This document shows positions 38,980 through 62,600 of a stretch of DNA of 64,000 bases, in pieces (the first letter of the stretch is position 1; every line of letters starts with the position of its first letter). The notes beneath the pieces are model-generated. The model worked only from the letters and a program-made list of their open reading frames with translations, was not told the DNA's origin and did no database searches. Made by a program: the position numbers and the translations under genes. The DNA is from Tubulanus polymorphus (taxonomy: Eukaryota; Animalia; Nemertea), in contig NC_134029.1 of the NCBI RefSeq assembly GCF_964204645.1, positions 4,836,001 to 4,900,000 of the forward strand. Direction: 5' to 3'.

Positions 38980-39916
38980 TTAGATATACAATGAGTTGGG
39001 AAAGGTTTTTATCCGATTTTAATTCTTGATAAGTAAAATAAACTGCAAATAAAAGCGATTTAGCCAATAAGTTTATTCGTGGCACTAACTGGCGCGTTTT
39101 CATTTGTATAGTTCTTACCTTGAGAAAATCTAACTTTTCTTCAAAATCAGGAGCAATAAACAAAGTATTTTTGAGGTTTCTATCGATCTTATCTTGATAA
39201 CTAAACAACTAACAACTTTATTTCACATGTACAGGCATAGAAAGCCGAATCGACGAAAACAAAATGAAAAATAAAAAAACTTATTTTACCCGCTCGAGAT
39301 ATCTTTGCTAGAATTGTATTCGATTTTCCAATCATCGCTTTCGATTTCCGATTGTCTTAGTCTTAGAAATTGGAAAAAATATTTGTTTACTCAAACTTCA
39401 CTATGGATATTTCAGTTTTACGTCACTCCCAAAAAAATATTGTGCGCAAATATATAAATACACCTTTCCAACTGAATCAGACGTGATGTGAGACGAAACC
39501 ATTGAATTTCAGTTTTACTAAAATAACACTTGTTACGCTGTTCGTCTGGACTTTCATCAACAGTTTCTTATTTTGAATATCTATCACAAATATCATTAAT
39601 GAATCTTCGCGTGAAAGTGGAGGGAGTGGCTCCACACTTATAAATATGAAGAAATGACACGACACGACAATGAGACGAATTGACTACTTTGAGGAAGCCA
39701 TAAAAAGGCCGAAGTCGCTGTGAGTATTTTGAAACAAACGTGGGATGTTGTAACTCACTTAATTCATCGAGATATGAAATTAATGAACTTTTAACCGTTG
39801 TTTTAACGGGCTAAATTTAGCCGCGTTCAGTTTCTGTCAATAAATAACCGGTAAGCGATGTAGTGCAATAGTTTAAGTTGGTGACTGCTGGACGACACGG
39901 TCGAAAAGATTTCAGG

Positions 39917-41668
39917 ATGTATCGTACACTGTTTGCATTGTGTCTCGTCAACGCTTCACTTGGATTTTGTGAGTACTGTAATGTGTTGTGTTATTACTTT
40001 CGAATTCATGTATCGTGTCTCTTCGTCTGTTCGATGTTTCAAATGTCATCATTATCCTTTTACCCTATGTTCAACGCTAGTTTTTTTTAATGTATCGTGG
40101 AATTCTTGAATTCATTCACAATCCCGATATTGCTAGGATGAGGTAAAGATAGTGCTCGTGGCAACATTGTTGTTTGTACAAGTTTTCTTAGCAGGCATTT
40201 TTACGAAAGAAGACTTTTTGAAAGGTTCTCGTGATGCATGTAATTTGAAAGTGCTCCCCGGAAGGCTTATAGAAATTATATGCAAATGCGAGTAATGCTA
40301 CGGTTCCTGACATATTTTGAGTGAAAACGGAGAAAGGTTTGCTACGTACATTTCTGCAATTTGACCTCCAATCAAGTTAGTTTAGAAACATATTTTGAAC
40401 AAGAAATAATGGAAAAGTGTCACCAAATAGTGAACTTTAATGCTCAAATTCTCTTAAAGTCAGCATCAGGGCAGACCTTCGTCGATGCCTCCTCACGGTC
40501 GCGGCGTATCTAGTATGATTATGTCTCAAAGTGTTTTGCATAATTTGGATGAAAGGGGTTCGAATTTCAGTGTGTGCATTTGTTGTTGTGCAGATATTAA
40601 TTCCCAGACATCGTCCATCATCTTTTCTTTCTTTATGTATTTTCAACTTCAAAATCCATAATTTGTACGAAGACTTTTTCATGCTACATCTCGTCATTCA
40701 GTTAAGAGTCGATCAGTTAATAATAGATTTCAATCTACCATAATAGAATAACTTGCGTTATCTAATGGAGAAAATACTCAAATTTTCAGGGATTACAGAT
40801 AACTCCAGCCGACAATGCGGGGAAAACGAGCAAAAAGGCAAGTACTAGGCCCTACTACTTTGTTGAGCTGCTAAGATTTTTATGCATGTTGTTCTTGATA
40901 TTAATATGTTTTAAGGCCAGTTTTATACCCTATATTCACCATGTTTATAGCGTGTTTTGACTGTAATTCATGAATTTTCTTTATTCATCTTTAGGAGCGC
41001 CTATCGGTGACTACGCCGTCTTCAACCTTTTGCAATACTCCAATTCCATAATACACGCGGCTTTCATCACCACAACCGTCGGTCGTTCGAAAAAGATCTA
41101 CGTCATTCCAGACGAGCAGCTGGACGATTTGAAGAACGGAGCGAACGGAGCGACGTATTTGATATACAACGCACAAGAAGACACGTCGACGTTACAAAAT
41201 GATATTCCCGACGAAATTGCGAAGGGAATGATTTCGATCAAATCTGATAACAGAGATTATTATCTAAAGGTAATTTGCGAAAGAATGTGAAAGAGTTCAT
41301 ATTCATTATCGTGCAGGAGATCGAGAACGATATTTTTTTCGTTTTATTCTTCGATATGTTTAATGTATACAAGTATAGTATTTATCGATCTATGTGTTAC
41401 AAAGTCAGACCAAGGTAGCAATGACAATCTGGGTCATCACATTTTCTAGTCGATTAGGCCTCTTTCTGTGTCTAAGATAATCTGACACTGGTTTCTCAAA
41501 CGCAATTTTATCATATTGTCGTAATCAAATCAACGTGTGTATGTGAACCAATCGTGTGGTTCAACAGATGAGGAACGTCTCACTGTCACAGTAGCACTGA
41601 GGCTTGTTATCGATCTCGATGTTTTACATATTATATTGATGTTCTGTGTACAGTTTGAGCTATTCTAA
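39917..41668 (+). CDS. Small orphan secreted protein (about 129 aa), 4 exons, one GC-AG intron
   Basis: Exons 39917-39968 (MYRTLFALCLVNASLGF, |gtgagt), 40790-40837 (WITDNSSRQCGENEQK, AG|gcaagt), 40995-41269 (GAPIGDY...DYYLK|gtaatt) and a probable last exon 41654-41668 (FELF*). Phases join in frame. No family recognised. Confidence 0.65.
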
Positions 41669-42186
41669 TCTATCAAAATCGTAATTTATCAGTTAATTTT
41701 CGGTGCATAATGAATAGGGCGCGAGGAGCGATTTTTCAATCGTTCAGGAATTTAAATCAAATGTTTGGTTTATACTTCGTGTGGTACAATGTTAATCAAG
41801 GTCAAAGGCGAGATAATAAAAGAAAAACGTGTTATGTATTTTAGGATATTCCTTTTCATTTTTTTTTCTTTTCGGTCAATGTACATGATAATTCATCATT
41901 AAGTTCGATTTTGGAAGTGTAGTGGCCATTTTATCCAATGAATTTTAGAAAAATGTATTTCGTATTGGAAAAGATCGATTCGATCGTGCATTCGCGTATC
42001 AGTGAATACGGGAAATGATTTCTGCGTGAGGACCAGATTACAAACAATGACCTTGACATGGATTAGTTTACCGAATACACTGTTTTGAAAACATGAAACG
42101 CACATACAATGACTCAATCATACCCAGATATTTATTTTTTTATGTTCAGTGTATCGGTATATCATCGGTATATCTTATACACTGTA

Positions 42187-43131
42187 TTACTTACAGCGAA
42201 TTTTCTTGAAGAAATAAACTCGAACTTCGTTACCCAATAAAAGATAGATGTAAAAATTGATAGCGTAATTTACGCTAATGACGACTGTGAAAGCCGTGAG
42301 CAGTCGCTCGGTTAAATACGCCGGAATCACCATGAATGAAGTCACCGTATTCGGCATGTTCGTAGCGGCAAACACCAGCGAAACGGTGACCAACATCGTC
42401 GTCGTTCGTAGGTTCTTCGTTTTTGTTTTACCGTCGGTTGCTTTTGTCGTACCGAAATTTCGCGATCTGTACAGCGCAATGGCGATTATCGAATTGAACG
42501 ACAGTATCAGAATGACCGGCACGAAATGAATGTACGAAACGGTGAATACGAACGCCATTCGCTGATTCTCGAATGTAAAATAGCAGCCGAGATTTGGTGA
42601 ATATTGCATAATCATCAACGTATAGCTTGACAGTATCGTATTCGGTATAAACATGACGGCCATAACGACACGGGCGAAGAATGGCGTGCATATCAGACGA
42701 GATGTGAACGGAAACAAGACGACTAGAAGCCTTTCTAAGGTGATGGCTACGACCAACCAAGAGCTATAACACACCGACAGTTCGAACGTAAACTCGTAAG
42801 CGATACAGCGTACGCGACTCGAAAAGGTAATACCGGTATTAAAGCCGCTTTCGAGGATGGCCTCGAACACGGGAATTCCGGTGAGACTGAGGCATCGCGC
42901 CAGATCGGTTACTGATAACAGTACTAGGTAATTGGCGTAGGAAAGCCGCCGGAACTGTTTGCTGGACATCACTAGAAACGTGGACACGTTGCCGAACAAT
43001 CCCAACGCGAAGATGATCGGTAAAGTGACGAGTAGAAATACACGGATGCCACCAGACGATCCCGTAATGGACGAGAGCGCAAAGAATAAATGGTACGGCC
43101 GCCCAACTTCTGCCTCGCTAGTATTCATCAT
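42187..43131 (-). CDS. Intronless rhodopsin-like (class A) GPCR, FMRFamide/myosuppressin-receptor-like peptide or chemosensory group
   Basis: Seven hydrophobic segments; TM1 GN, TM2 LSVTD, TM3 C..SSWLVVAITLERL, ECL2 Cys, TM5 P, TM6 TNMP, TM7 NYAINFYIY. First ATG at 43131 (MMNTSE, with an N-glycosylation sequon). Confidence 0.88.
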   Translation of the reverse strand: MMNTSEAEVGRPYHLFFALSSITGSSGGIRVFLLVTLPIIFALGLFGNVSTFLVMSSKQFRRLSYANYLVLLSVTDLARCLSLTGIPVFEAILESGFNTGITFSSRVRCIAYEFTFELSVCYSSWLVVAITLERLLVVLFPFTSRLICTPFFARVVMAVMFIPNTILSSYTLMIMQYSPNLGCYFTFENQRMAFVFTVSYIHFVPVILILSFNSIIAIALYRSRNFGTTKATDGKTKTKNLRTTTMLVTVSLVFAATNMPNTVTSFMVIPAYLTERLLTAFTVVISVNYAINFYIYLLLGNEVRVYFFKKIRCK

Positions 43132-44825
43132 TAATTTGATTATTTTTTCGACAAAGGTCTTGGCAACTGTCAAATAAGGAGCAGCGTCTCAAAATTCACC
43201 AACAGGATATCGTCTTGCCCAATGACGTACGCTTGCATTCGGCGAATAGCAATAGATGAGTTTTAATCTGAGATTTCTATATCGATCAAAGAAGTTCTGC
43301 AACGTGTTATTGAACTGTAATTTTAAGAAATCCAGCTGTGTCTCGATAATGTCTCGATAATTGTAGATAATAGCTGCAATTTCGGGTGATTTCAGTAACT
43401 ATGGATAGAGTATCATAATGATAGCTGATATAGTCGAAAGAAAAAAACATTTGTAAGTCCTATGCCAAAAAATGATGAAGCAAACAACATTTAAGTATAC
43501 CTAACTGTGATGGGATTTTATTGATATATTACCACATTACCACAATGTTGTATGTTAATATAGAATATACACGTAGACATAAAACCAATTTGCACAGTTT
43601 TCGCTATTCAGTACAAGGAACCCGAATATAGAAAAAAAAACTGGAAATCTGAAATTAATGATCTACAAATGTCTGCCTTCCTTCCTTCCTTCTATATGTA
43701 CATATAGGGGTTTATGCATATAGACCCGTTCTCTTTCCAAATCTCCTGAATGTGTGCAACCATTTGATTTTGAAATTTAAACATTTTCAAGGAGCAAGAC
43801 TTAATAAGACATATACTAAAATACCGTACACGGAAATATTGCAGTTGAAAATTAGCTCATGATATTTCAAATTTCACATACTATGATTATCTACTAAACT
43901 CAAGTTCTTCATGGAAGTTAGATTATAATTTTATGACAGCCGACTTATTTTCGCTCAAGATGAAAGCGATTATAAGTCAGAAAATGCACGAAACAACGAT
44001 CATTTTAATGTTGACGTATGTACAGAAGTATTTACATGTTTAGAACTCTGACCCAGCAAACGGCGTCATTCGATATATGATTTTAATACCATCTAATTAA
44101 TTTACACGGGTTAAAAGTATTACACAGAAATTACGTAATAAATATTCATTGATTTCGACGGAAAAAGAGATGTCGTCGATTTTTGATCAAGTTTAAGATG
44201 CGGCCAAGAACTGACGACCGTATGAATGTGTGTCCCGCTGACTACATGTCTTGTTTATTTTGCTTCAAACAAAGCTCGTCGTTTTCCATTTCTCACGGAG
44301 CGGGGATATCATAAATATTAGTACATTCAAAGGATTTCTACTTCAAACATTCCCACTAGTCCCGGTTATTGTGTTGCGACCTTTGCTCATTTTTTGATTC
44401 TTAGATTATCTAGATGCGTTAGATGTGGTTACGATGAAAATCAGAAATCCCACGGTCCCCAATATGATAATGTAATCACATTTTTTTTAGTTTTACGCTA
44501 GTTAGCCGTAGGTTTAGATTAATCTGCTACGGCAGCGATCCGATCCAGTAAGCTTCTATTTTGTTGAAATATCCAAATTTTTCAATTTAAAGCTTCCATT
44601 TTACATAATATTCAATTACTTCATTGGCGCCAAACTCAATGTCTGACATCTTTCCATACGGCGATCAGATGTCTGCGTTACATTTTGTGTAGCGTCTAAA
44701 TGCATTTACACATAATAAACTAAAATGTGATCGTCTCTATATTTGACATACATCTAACTACATCCAGCGCGGTATGACGATATAGCATTATTATCGTGTA
44801 TCACTGAAATGTCAAAATCAATGAA

Positions 44826-44866
44826 TGTATGTATGTATGTATGTATGTATGTATGTATGTATGTAT
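44826..44866. repeat. (ATGT)n microsatellite downstream of the glutamate receptor stop codon
   Basis: About 10 visible tetranucleotide units. Confidence 0.9.
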
Positions 44867-45232
44867 ACGTATGTACAACCTGAACCAGCGACATGTGATT
44901 TCGTATAGATCACGCCATAAAAGATGGACGCATGCTGAATCAGCCATCTTTTGTAGAAGGTTCCATAGCAAACATTCGCCGGGTCAACAATATCATATGC
45001 GTCTTGTATCAAATAATTCCAGTGTAAAAAAAACTTGAGCTCGATTGACCAGTTCGTTTACAGAACTCACTGAGACGTCTTTTCTTAATAAACCTTTCGA
45101 TTTGACGCCCTGCTATATAGATTCTTAAGAAGATTTCGTTTTTCTTCGTTAAAGATTAACGTCTTGTAAGTAGCGCGACAACCGTTGATATTTCTGAAAT
45201 AAAAGTCTTGTCATGTTCCTATCAACCTATAT

Positions 45233-56115
<10,883 letters not shown>

Positions 56116-58514
56116 ATCCCTCACCGTCACCGGGTTCCATAAGATTTGATGAAATATGTCGATAGATCCATCAGCGTTTACGGTACGTTTCCATTCGATT
56201 CCCAAGATTTTATTCCACGCCTCGTGAACGCGTCACCAAACCATGATAAAACGCTCGCAATCACTGATCGGAAAAAAAATCAACGACGAACCGCGAAGAT
56301 GTACTGGATATAATGTGGATATACCGCGCGCGCATGCGCCACTAAAAGATGGTCGACGAGATGAGAAGGAATATATTTTATAGAATCCGCGGGGAGCGGT
56401 TCTTAGCGTCAATACCGAGTCGTCGGTATAAGGGAAGAAGCCAGTCTGAAGTGAACACACGACTATAAATCAAGCGTCAGCAGCATCAGCAGCAGCATCA
56501 CTGATGCGTTCAGTATACGGGTGTATGCGATCTGGCATGGCGCTTCTACTGGGAAAGGAATCATCAAAGATTCAGAATGGAGTAATGGCATCGCGTTCCA
56601 TTACTGCCGGCTGTCAATCAATAGCTATCAAATCTCATCTAACCGAGCATCGCTGAATAAAATATCCTGTCGAATTTACTGCAGATATTGACTTCATTAC
56701 GGGTATCTACTCAATGGGGGGATGGGGAGATGGGATGATCATAACATGTTGTTTAGATTAGTTTCAGAAGGTTTGATTTCATTCACTTCGTCGCCTTATC
56801 ATCGATTGATTTGAATAAATCGCCAATTCTAAAATCGTCGCTGTAAAGTTAAAGAACTGTCATACATTAAGATGAAAATGCTTGAAATACAACCAAAAGC
56901 AACACTGACTTATTTTTCTACTGAAGCAACGTTTTTCTACTGAAAAACTCCCAATGTATGATAGCCTGGACGAATCTAGTACGTCCATGACGACAGCAAT
57001 CTATTGATCTGCATGGAACCTATGGAATATTTGGTCGAATCAGATAAAAATGACTTTTTCGACCTATTTGGTCGAAAAAAGTACAAGTTGAATCATAACA
57101 TTCGAATTGATAACGAAAGTGCTTTTTGGACACGCTTAACAAAATCTAATATGAAAGCGGAAGAATTCTATGCCTGACAAAAATTGTTGTCTTGTTTTCA
57201 AGTTGTTTTATTATTCGTGTACCTTTTTGTTACGAACATATTTCCAGCTCTCTTTCCGCCTTTGATCGTTATCAATCGATCGTAAAATTCCCCCCAACTT
57301 TTCCCACGTTTATCACGCCTTTCAAAAAACGAGTCATCGAAATAACAAAAGTAACCAGAAAATAAATAAATCGCACGATCAAAATAATCCCGAATTACAG
57401 GGAGAAGAATAGAAATTTGCTTTCGTTTTCAATCGATGTTGATAATTTGGAGATAGGTAATACGTTACTCTTATATGGAAAATACAAGTAGGGTATATAA
57501 GTATACACTATTTTTGGAATATGCATGTATATAAATAGAAAACCGAATTTATGATATATTCCAACGAATTGTTCCGTCGAAAAAACATGTCATGTTATAT
57601 ATTATTTAGACGAAAAACTAGCTTAATATAGAAAGTATGGTAAATTGAGTTTTTAACGGTTATGCGACTGTCTAGATCATCAGGAATGGTTGATCGGTTT
57701 TTCAATACCTTTATTTGTATAGGTTTCAGTTTGAACTCGTAAATGTCATAACATGCCACAAAATGCATTCGTCGAAGCGACGTTCATTCGAGCGCAAATG
57801 AGCAAAAAACTTTTGAACCAGATTGTATAGAAAATCGACTGGATTGCGGATATTCAAAACCGGGGTGAATATTGTTTACAGGGCTTCAAAAACAGGAACT
57901 TAAATCATGCCGACTGAGGTTTTTTTTATAAGGAAAATTCTGTACGAAAATTTATTATTTCAGCCATTAAATTACCACGCAAAAAGTTCGTGTATTGTAT
58001 ATTGAAGTACACGCGGTCGCGTCTGGAGACTTCAGGTGATCTCGGAACGAAGACGGGCAACGTTCAAAAAAATTAGAACCGGCAATTTTTGGAGAATTTG
58101 CGCAGAATCTATAACAAGGTACGTAAATACGGTTAGCGAAATGCTTTGATAGGTTCTTGTCGGCGCCGATGGGTTTAAGGCCGATAAAAGCCAATAGAAT
58201 ATATTTCATGTGAAAATAACCACAAATTTTCACAAAACAAATATTGGTGAAAACGACTCATCGGATTGGTTTGATACATAGACTGGTGGCCGCTGAGCGG
58301 CAGCCTGTCCGCCCGAGAAATCTTAGGCAATGTATTAGACTAATGAAGGGTTTGCAGCCAGGGTTTGTGTTGGTGTGAGCTTCGGCGGGCGGTAATTAAA
58401 CTCTGGCCAGCAAGGATGGTAAACAAAATATTTTTCATATTTCAAACTATACTAGTTGTACCCGTGACAGATACAGCTAAATCTAAACATTATTTTACAG
58501 ATTTCGCTTGCAGA

Positions 58515-58844
58515 ATGGGAGCTCAAACTAGCACGGAATCCGATAGGCATTATGAAACCGGAGTAGGACGCGAACCTGCAGAGCACCACCAGGTTATACG
58601 TCAACGAAGTTGGGGAAACAACGTATACGCCCCCTATCGGAGTAGGGATAGTCCAGTGACAGAGGCGACCAGTAGCTCTCGACGTGCGGACGAGAACCCC
58701 GGATATGAACAACAGGTCAGGATTATGCCTTCCGATCAACAGAGCGCACCTAACCAAGATCAAGCTCGAGATAGCGTTCCAGAGAAAAAGCAACTCGTGA
58801 AACAGAAATCGCGGAACTACATGATGCAAATTAAACATGAATAA
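58515..58844 (+). CDS. Small hydrophilic protein (109 aa) with N-myristoylation motif MGAQTS
   Basis: ATG at 58515 follows a strong acceptor (tattttacag|, 58500); candidate upstream donor AAG|gtacgt at about 58118. MGxxxS motif; polar, probably disordered sequence; GC-richer than its flanks. Confidence 0.6.
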   Translation: MGAQTSTESDRHYETGVGREPAEHHQVIRQRSWGNNVYAPYRSRDSPVTEATSSSRRADENPGYEQQVRIMPSDQQSAPNQDQARDSVPEKKQLVKQKSRNYMMQIKHE

Positions 58845-59621
58845 ACTGTACAAAAATATCCACGGACTTGTTACACGTTCTGCTGAAAACGAAAGTATTG
58901 TCGTTGGGACATAAAACTCAGATGTAAATATAATTTAGTATGTGATTTTCAATATTGCGATGATTATGATATCTAATGTTTAATAATTTGTTATTTATTA
59001 TCAAGTATGTGTACAAATACCTGTTATCCATTGCCTGTCACTTGTTATATACCCGGAGAGGGGAAATGTTTCCGGAAACGTTTGTATCAAATAAATTTGC
59101 TTACTCATTTGAAGATGAGATTTATTGCGTTTACGCTTTTATGGTCGTTCAACTTACTACCTCAACTCTCTACCGAAGAATATCTTACGTTTACCACGAG
59201 TTACACGTGTATTTTAGAAGAGTGGTAACGCATCTATTTGAGGATGATTATGAGGATGATTCCAGGTCTTCGATGTTTTGCAAACTTTCCGTAACGAATG
59301 ATTGGTCGGTGAAAAATATGTAACTGCCACATAGAAATGTCGGGAAAACCAGCCTCGGCTGTGTACTGCAGAGAGAAATAGAAAAAAGAATTCACGTAGA
59401 GCGTAGGCGTAGTAAAACACAATAACTATAGCGGGGCATATTCACTTGTTTACTACCGTTACACACAACTCTCGTTGTTGAACTTGTTATAGCTTTTTCC
59501 CCATTCAAAATACGAGGTACATGCGAGCAAAATGCCAGCAATCGTACAGCCGTGCTTAATTAAATCGTTCATACTTAGGATATCAACTTCTCGAGGGCTT
59601 AAAAGATAAACGTTTTTATAA

Positions 59622-62600
59622 ATGGATCGAGCCGACTACTGCGGATTTCTGACGCTAGTTCTGATAATACAGGTAAAATGATTTTCTCAATTCCACGTGG
59701 TCATCAAAAATATCGAGCACGCGAAGTGGGCAGTAAATTCCGAATCAAATATGTGATTCTTCCGACTATATTTTGGATAAAGTGATGTATAAACGTTTAA
59801 GTCGCAAATACCGTGGCATCCGTCCAAATCTGGTGCAATTATAAATGTATGCATAGATTAATTGTATCATATATCCGATTATAAAAAGTAGGCTCAATGT
59901 ATTCATCGCTTCTTCTATTGCGCGTATGTATCTGCTGGTAAAACGTATGTAAGAGTTACGAGGTCAATTCCGTGAATTGAATAGTGGTTTCAGCAGTCTG
60001 ATATCCTTTTTTTGTCGGAAAAAAACATTCAATGGGGCCTATATTTATTTCCCAGGAAAACGGACGCTTTTGTTTTTAATACGTGGAGTAGATTTCATTG
60101 GAAGAAGGTAGTTTAGGACTTATTGATTGAGTCACTGTTGTTACCCTTTCAAGTTAACACTTGAAAGGGTAACTGATGCGTAAAAGTTTTTCGAGTTGGC
60201 ATCATGTGTGTTGGTACCGCAGGATATCGGGGATAAAGCAAATTTTCAGGTTAACGATTCAGTCGTAACGAGAAAATGTTGAATTCTAAAAGTTGCATTT
60301 CAGTGGTTCGAACGCTTGGTTTTGATTACCGAAGAAGCCGTTCATAACTTCAAGCAAAACGCAATCAAAATACACCTTACAGTAACCTTATAACATTACA
60401 ACTAAATCTTACAGTAATATTTTACCTTTTGCCAACAGTTGGGTCAAGGGTAGAGAAAGATAATGACAATTGCTACATTTATTATGTCCGATGTCACATA
60501 TACAAAATAAAAAAAAAACCATTGCCTTAAGTAAATACACAGCGCAGATCGAGTTAATTCATTATTAGAAAAAGAGAATCCGCACAATGAATTTCTGTGC
60601 CTTTGGTAAATAACGGTGCGTGTCAAGTTTGTAAAGAGAAACTGAAAAAGCTATTTACAAAAAACCTAGTTCTTAAAAAAAGAAATTCACAATCAAGTTT
60701 TATTTAGATAGGTTTGTTTAGCATTGAATTGAAAAATAGGGACGTAACTTAAACATGTACGTACTCCTGATAGCTTGCTGATAGCTTCTTGAAAATAAAA
60801 TTTCGTCAAAATGTTCGATTGGTATAGAAATAAATGGTCTTTGGGAAACTAGTTCTCAAACTGATATTTCGTCATGTTTTTGCCCACTTTTTCACAGACG
60901 ATAGACTGCACGTCGTTGTGGGGCGCGTGGAATCCATGGTCAGGGTGTTCTCGCACATGTGGAGCTGGTGTACGTCACAGGACTCGTCAATGTTACCACC
61001 GAGATTTGCATCTCATCCGGCCAGTTCACCATGACAGATGCACAGGTCACAAAGATGTCTATCAAGTTTGCTCTCTGAAGGTATAATCTACTGAAATACG
61101 GCCGTTGCATAGTTAGAATTTATCAGTAGATATTCGGTAAAGGTCTCTCTGTTTACACCTGATATTCATACATTTTCAGCCGTGTATGGCTAAGTTCCAG
61201 GATGATCGCGAATATCAATGTTACAATAAAACAAATCACCGCTTCCAACTCGGGCACAAAAATACTCGTTGGACTTCGTATGTTGCAGGTGAATTCTACT
61301 GAAATCAATTTTCACGTACTCACATCTCCTTATAAACAAATGACTGAGATCATCAAGTTTGATCTCAATATTAACGGATTTTCAAAATGTTACTATATTT
61401 CCAGAATTTCGACCGTGTGACTTGTTCTGTAGTCCACAGGGTTATAATTCATTCTGGAGTTTCGGTAATGCATCCGACGGTACTGTGTGTTGGCCAAGAA
61501 AATCTGGAGTATGCATTAACGCCATGTGCGTGGTAAGGAAACATCCCTCGTCCCACTGCGAAAGCCAAACTCTGTGGCGATTTAGCGATTTGCCTAGCTG
61601 CTGGCGGATAGAATCTTCCAAGCTTTTTACGTACCAAACACCACGTTCTCCTATGCGAGTTCTTTATAACCTGTTATAATGTGTTCGTTATCTTCAACGC
61701 AAACCTATTCGCTTCTACACTGAGGTAATCGATGTAAAACGTGATAATACGTTTGGGGTATAATGTAAAGATACACGAATTTAACGTTCGTCTTTATTCT
61801 ACGTATATGTATTCTGCAACGTCCGATGGCAATAATTTCAGGCAGTCGGCTGTGATGGTACGACGTCGTCTACGAAACAATTGGATAAATGCCTGGTCTG
61901 CGGAGGAAGAAACGAATCGTGTACATACTACAGCAATCAGTTCCGACAAGTTACCAGACCAGGTACGTGTATAGGGAGAGAGATTATGTATTACCAGTTC
62001 CTACATCAAAGACATGTGACAAACCGACAGCAATGAAAAAAGAAACATTTGGTTTATTCAATACTTCGTGATAATAAAGTTTTCGTTAGACCTACGATTC
62101 TAAAAGAAAAACTAGACTAAACTGGTACTGAGATCTGAAACATCACCACTTCGACGATGCAAGCGATCTCGGAGATGAAGTGATGCTTAGTTCCGTTATG
62201 TAAAGGCAAATACGTTTTGAGATAATTTTCACATAAAGGTCCGTTCCATATGAAAATACATTTCTAGGTTATCCACTTGGTTTGCATAAACTATGCCTAA
62301 CTCGCTTTTTTATTGCAGTGAAATGTTGCAAAATCATTGGAAAATACACTATAATATAATCTGTTTATTCAGATCTGATAGGTTATACGAAGGTGACAGC
62401 AATCCCAGCGGGGTCGACCAATGTTTTGATAGAAGATATTAACATCAACGTAATTGGTGAGTTCCAACATGAACAACAATCTTCAACCAGTATACAAACT
62501 TAAGTCAGGACCAGCAAATTCAAAATTCTTATTTGATTTTACATATTATTTTGTCATTGGTGTAATAATCTTATTCAGCGTTGGAAGATTCCGGGGCATT

